Assembly (NCBI GenBank): GCA_023487865.1
Contig: JAMDBG010000088.1
Span: forward strand, 1 to 56,200
Direction of reading: 5' to 3'
From: Deltaproteobacteria bacterium
GTDB taxonomy: Bacteria > Desulfobacterota > Syntrophia > Syntrophales > UBA5619
Length of the DNA: 56,200 nt
Part shown: one piece after another, positions 53,589 through 56,200 of the stretch
Layout of the letters: each line of letters begins with the position of its first letter
Position numbering within the stretch: position 1 is the first letter of the stretch
Notes under the pieces: model-generated
What the model saw: the letters and a program-made list of their open reading frames with translations, nothing else
What the model was told of the DNA's origin: nothing
Databases searched by the model: none
Program-made: the position numbers and the translations under genes

Positions 53589-56200
53589 TTGTCAGGGTAC
53601 AATGGAAGAATAAATAAACTAGCGGTGCGGCGCGCGCGTCTCCCCCGGATTGCCTACCCGTTGTCCCTGCCCATCCTGGAGCGAAAGGATGACATCATCT
53701 CCGCCATCCGGAAGCATCCTGTCGTCATCATCACCGGAGAGACCGGTTCTGGAAAGACCACCCAGATCCCGAAGATGTGTCTGGAAGCCGGTCGGGGGCT
53801 CGGGGGTCTGATCGGTTGCACCCAGCCGCGACGGATCGCTGCGACCACCGTTGCCCGGCGGATCGCCGAAGAGATGGGTGAACAGATCGGCCGATCGGTC
53901 GGTTACAAGATACGCTTTGATGACCGGACACCGCCCGATGCCTTCCTGAAGATCATGACCGATGGGATCCTCCTCATGGAGATCCACCACGATCCGCTCC
54001 TCCGCGCCTATGACACGATCATTGTCGATGAGGCCCACGAGCGGAGCCTCAATATCGATTTCATCCTCGGTATCCTTAAAACCCTCAGCGGCCGACGGCA
54101 GGATCTTCGCATCGTCATCACCTCGGCAACCATCGATACGGATAAATTCTCCCGGGCTTTCGGCAACGCACCGATCATCGAAGTATCGGGGCGTCTCTAT
54201 CCTGTCGAGGTCCGGTATGAACCCCTCGATCCCAAACTGGAAGAAAAAGGCGAAATCACCCCCGTCGATGCGGCGGTCCGATCGGTCGAAGATCTCCTGG
54301 ATCGGCGTGAGCGGGGGGACATCCTGATCTTCATGCCGACGGAACAGGATATCCGCGAAACCTGCGGACTCCTTACCGGACGTTTCCGGGAAGGGGTGGC
54401 GATCCTTCCCCTCTTCTCGAGACTCACCATCGCGGAACAGCAACGGGTCTTCAGACCCTCAACGATCCGGAAGATCATCGTCGCAACCAATGTTGCGGAA
54501 ACGTCGATCACCATCCCGAACATCCGGTTCGTGATCGACACGGGACTGGCCCGGATCTCTCAGTACAATCCCCGCTCACGGACGGCCGGCCTTCCCATCC
54601 GGCCGATATCCAGAAGCAGTGCCGACCAGCGGAAGGGCCGCTGCGGTCGCGTCCAGAACGGGATCTGCATCCGGCTTTTCAGTGAGGAGGACTATCTCAG
54701 CCGCCCCCTCTATACAGCGCCGGAAATCCTCCGCTCCTCTCTCGCGGGGGTCATCCTCCGGATGCTCGCCCTGGATTTGGGTGAGATCGACATGTTCCCC
54801 TTCATCGACTGCCCCGCCCCAAAGGGCGTTCGGGACGGGATCGAGATCCTTCTGGAGCTCGGCGCCATCGAGACCGGTGAAAATGATAACAGCGGCCCCC
54901 CCTCTCACCACCGTCTGACCGAGCGGGGGCGGATCATGGCACAGCTTCCTCTCGATCCGCGGATCTCCCGGATGATTCTCGACGCCCGAAAGGAGGGTTG
55001 TCTTCCGGAGATCGCCGTCATCGCTGCGGCCCTCAGCATCCAGGATCCCCGGGAGAGGCCCGCCGATAAAGAGGCCCAGGCGGATCAGGCACATGCGGCA
55101 TTCAAGGATCCCGCATCCGATTTTTCCGCTCTCCTTGGTCTCTGGCGGCGCTGTTACGCCCGAGGCGATTCTCCTCAGACCCCGAACCGTCTGCGCCGTT
55201 TCTGCCAGAAACATTTTCTCTCCTACCGGAGGATGAAAGAATGGCGCGAGATCCATGACCAGATCCTCTCGATCTTGATCGAGAAGAAGCTCGCCACACG
55301 AAAGGAAGCCATACTGCAAAAGCAGGGACACGACCTTTATGCCGCGCTGCACCGTTCCATCCTGAGCGGTTATCTTGGCCACATCGCTCAAAAGAAGGAG
55401 AAAAATCTCTACACGGCCACCCATGGGCGGCAGGCGATGATTTTTCCCGGCTCCGGCCTTTTCAACCGGGGAGGGAACTGGATCGTTGCCGCTGAGATGG
55501 TCGAAACTTCACGACTCTTTGCCCGGACCGTGGCGAACATCGAGAGCGACTGGCTCGAAAAACTCGGCGGCCGCCTCTGCCGGCGCACCTATTCCGCGCC
55601 CCACTGGGAAAAGGACCGGGGCGAAGTCATGGCCTCCGAACAGGTCACACTTTTTGGTCTTACCGTTGTGGCCGGCCGGCCCGTTTCTTTCAGCCGTATC
55701 GATCCCGCCGAAGCGGCCCGGATTTTCATCCGCAGCGCCCTTGTTGAAGGGGAAGTCAAAAAGCCTCTCCCTTTCCTTCTCCACAACCAGTCACTGATCG
55801 CAAAGATCGAGGGAATTGAGGAAAAGATCCGCCGCCGGGATTTGCTCGTCGATACGGAAACTTTGGCGCAGTTCTATGAAAAGCGCCTTCCCGGGATCTG
55901 CGATATACGAACACTGCAGCACATGATCCGGGAAAAGGGAAACGACCTTTTTCTCCGGATGAAAGAAGCGGACCTTCTGGTCAAAACCCCTGATCCGGAG
56001 GAGATAGACCTTTTTCCAGAAGCGGTTTCGGCAGGCGGTTGGCGGCTGGATTGTGTCTATCACTTCGTACCGGGGAAACCGGAAGATGGGATCACACTGA
56101 AGATCCCCGTGCAGGCCATTCCCACCCTGCCGGCCGCTTCTCTGGACTGGACGGTCCCTGGCCTCCTGAAGGAAAAGATCATGGCCCTCCTCCGGGGCCT
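53589..56200 (+). CDS. hrpA: ATP-dependent RNA helicase HrpA (DEAH-box), N-terminal ~870 aa; continues beyond window end
   Basis: Not in the ORF track because there is no stop in the window. My translation gives ...ILERKDDIISAIRKHPVVIITGETGSGKTTQIPK...IVDEAHERSLNIDF...ITSATID...VATNVAETSITIP...SADQRKGRCGRV, followed by the HA2/OB region. The start is uncertain: TTG 53589 (GAGGG 6 nt upstream) or GTG 53625. An in-frame stop lies at 53574. Confidence 0.85.
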   Translation, partial: MSGYNGRINKLAVRRARLPRIAYPLSLPILERKDDIISAIRKHPVVIITGETGSGKTTQIPKMCLEAGRGLGGLIGCTQPRRIAATTVARRIAEEMGEQIGRSVGYKIRFDDRTPPDAFLKIMTDGILLMEIHHDPLLRAYDTIIVDEAHERSLNIDFILGILKTLSGRRQDLRIVITSATIDTDKFSRAFGNAPIIEVSGRLYPVEVRYEPLDPKLEEKGEITPVDAAVRSVEDLLDRRERGDILIFMPTEQDIRETCGLLTGRFREGVAILPLFSRLTIAEQQRVFRPSTIRKIIVATNVAETSITIPNIRFVIDTGLARISQYNPRSRTAGLPIRPISRSSADQRKGRCGRVQNGICIRLFSEEDYLSRPLYTAPEILRSSLAGVILRMLALDLGEIDMFPFIDCPAPKGVRDGIEILLELGAIETGENDNSGPPSHHRLTERGRIMAQLPLDPRISRMILDARKEGCLPEIAVIAAALSIQDPRERPADKEAQADQAHAAFKDPASDFSALLGLWRRCYARGDSPQTPNRLRRFCQKHFLSYRRMKEWREIHDQILSILIEKKLATRKEAILQKQGHDLYAALHRSILSGYLGHIAQKKEKNLYTATHGRQAMIFPGSGLFNRGGNWIVAAEMVETSRLFARTVANIESDWLEKLGGRLCRRTYSAPHWEKDRGEVMASEQVTLFGLTVVAGRPVSFSRIDPAEAARIFIRSALVEGEVKKPLPFLLHNQSLIAKIEGIEEKIRRRDLLVDTETLAQFYEKRLPGICDIRTLQHMIREKGNDLFLRMKEADLLVKTPDPEEIDLFPEAVSAGGWRLDCVYHFVPGKPEDGITLKIPVQAIPTLPAASLDWTVPGLLKEKIMALLRG

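Noticed and set aside
1-56200. CRISPR arrays, IS elements, prophage genes, toxin-antitoxin pairs or known defence systems.
   Set aside because: I saw no spaced direct repeats, and no transposase, integrase, RT or Cas-like ORFs. The only helicases (RecG, UvrD-like, HrpA) have housekeeping architectures and no nuclease or ATPase partner genes.

Overview
This is a gene-dense chromosomal segment with about 45 protein genes and 1 tRNA. Its gene content suggests a Syntrophus/Syntrophales-type deltaproteobacterium: a Re-citrate-synthase-type enzyme, a sigma54 two-component pair, a Liv-type ABC operon with an embedded acyl-CoA ligase, and GH57 glycogen genes. That attribution is an inference and cannot be verified without a database. 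The left third is housekeeping (hom, recG, purM, purN, pfk, rpmB, recJ). The centre holds a GNAT/DUF2156 pair, a six-gene ABC/acyl-CoA-ligase operon downstream of a PilS/PilR-like kinase and sigma54 activator, comEC, hisS-aspS, and a citrate-synthase(Re-type)-Cache fusion. The right third holds a UvrD-like helicase, redox and transport genes, a decayed receiver-domain remnant, a TctCBA-GntR-PdxA-like-FGGY kinase-VOC cluster, tRNA-Leu(UAA), two tandem MtaD-type deaminases, a GH57-glycogen synthase fusion, and the 5' part of hrpA. I saw no CRISPR array, transposase, integrase, phage gene or recognisable defence gene. The two strongest signals are non-coding. (i) The leader of the ABC operon has a Phe-rich mini-ORF followed by a relay of mutually exclusive hairpins that ends in two intrinsic terminators abutting the RBS. 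(ii) A roughly 200-nt promoter-to-terminator structured leader sits in front of the citrate-synthase-like gene. Protein-level oddities are a cytoplasmic Cache domain on a DRE-TIM synthase, an FGGY kinase paired with a PdxA-family dehydrogenase, a GH57-GT5 fusion, and ATGA-coupled GNAT/DUF2156 genes. All functional calls rest on motif recognition by eye. No searches or folding programs were run.
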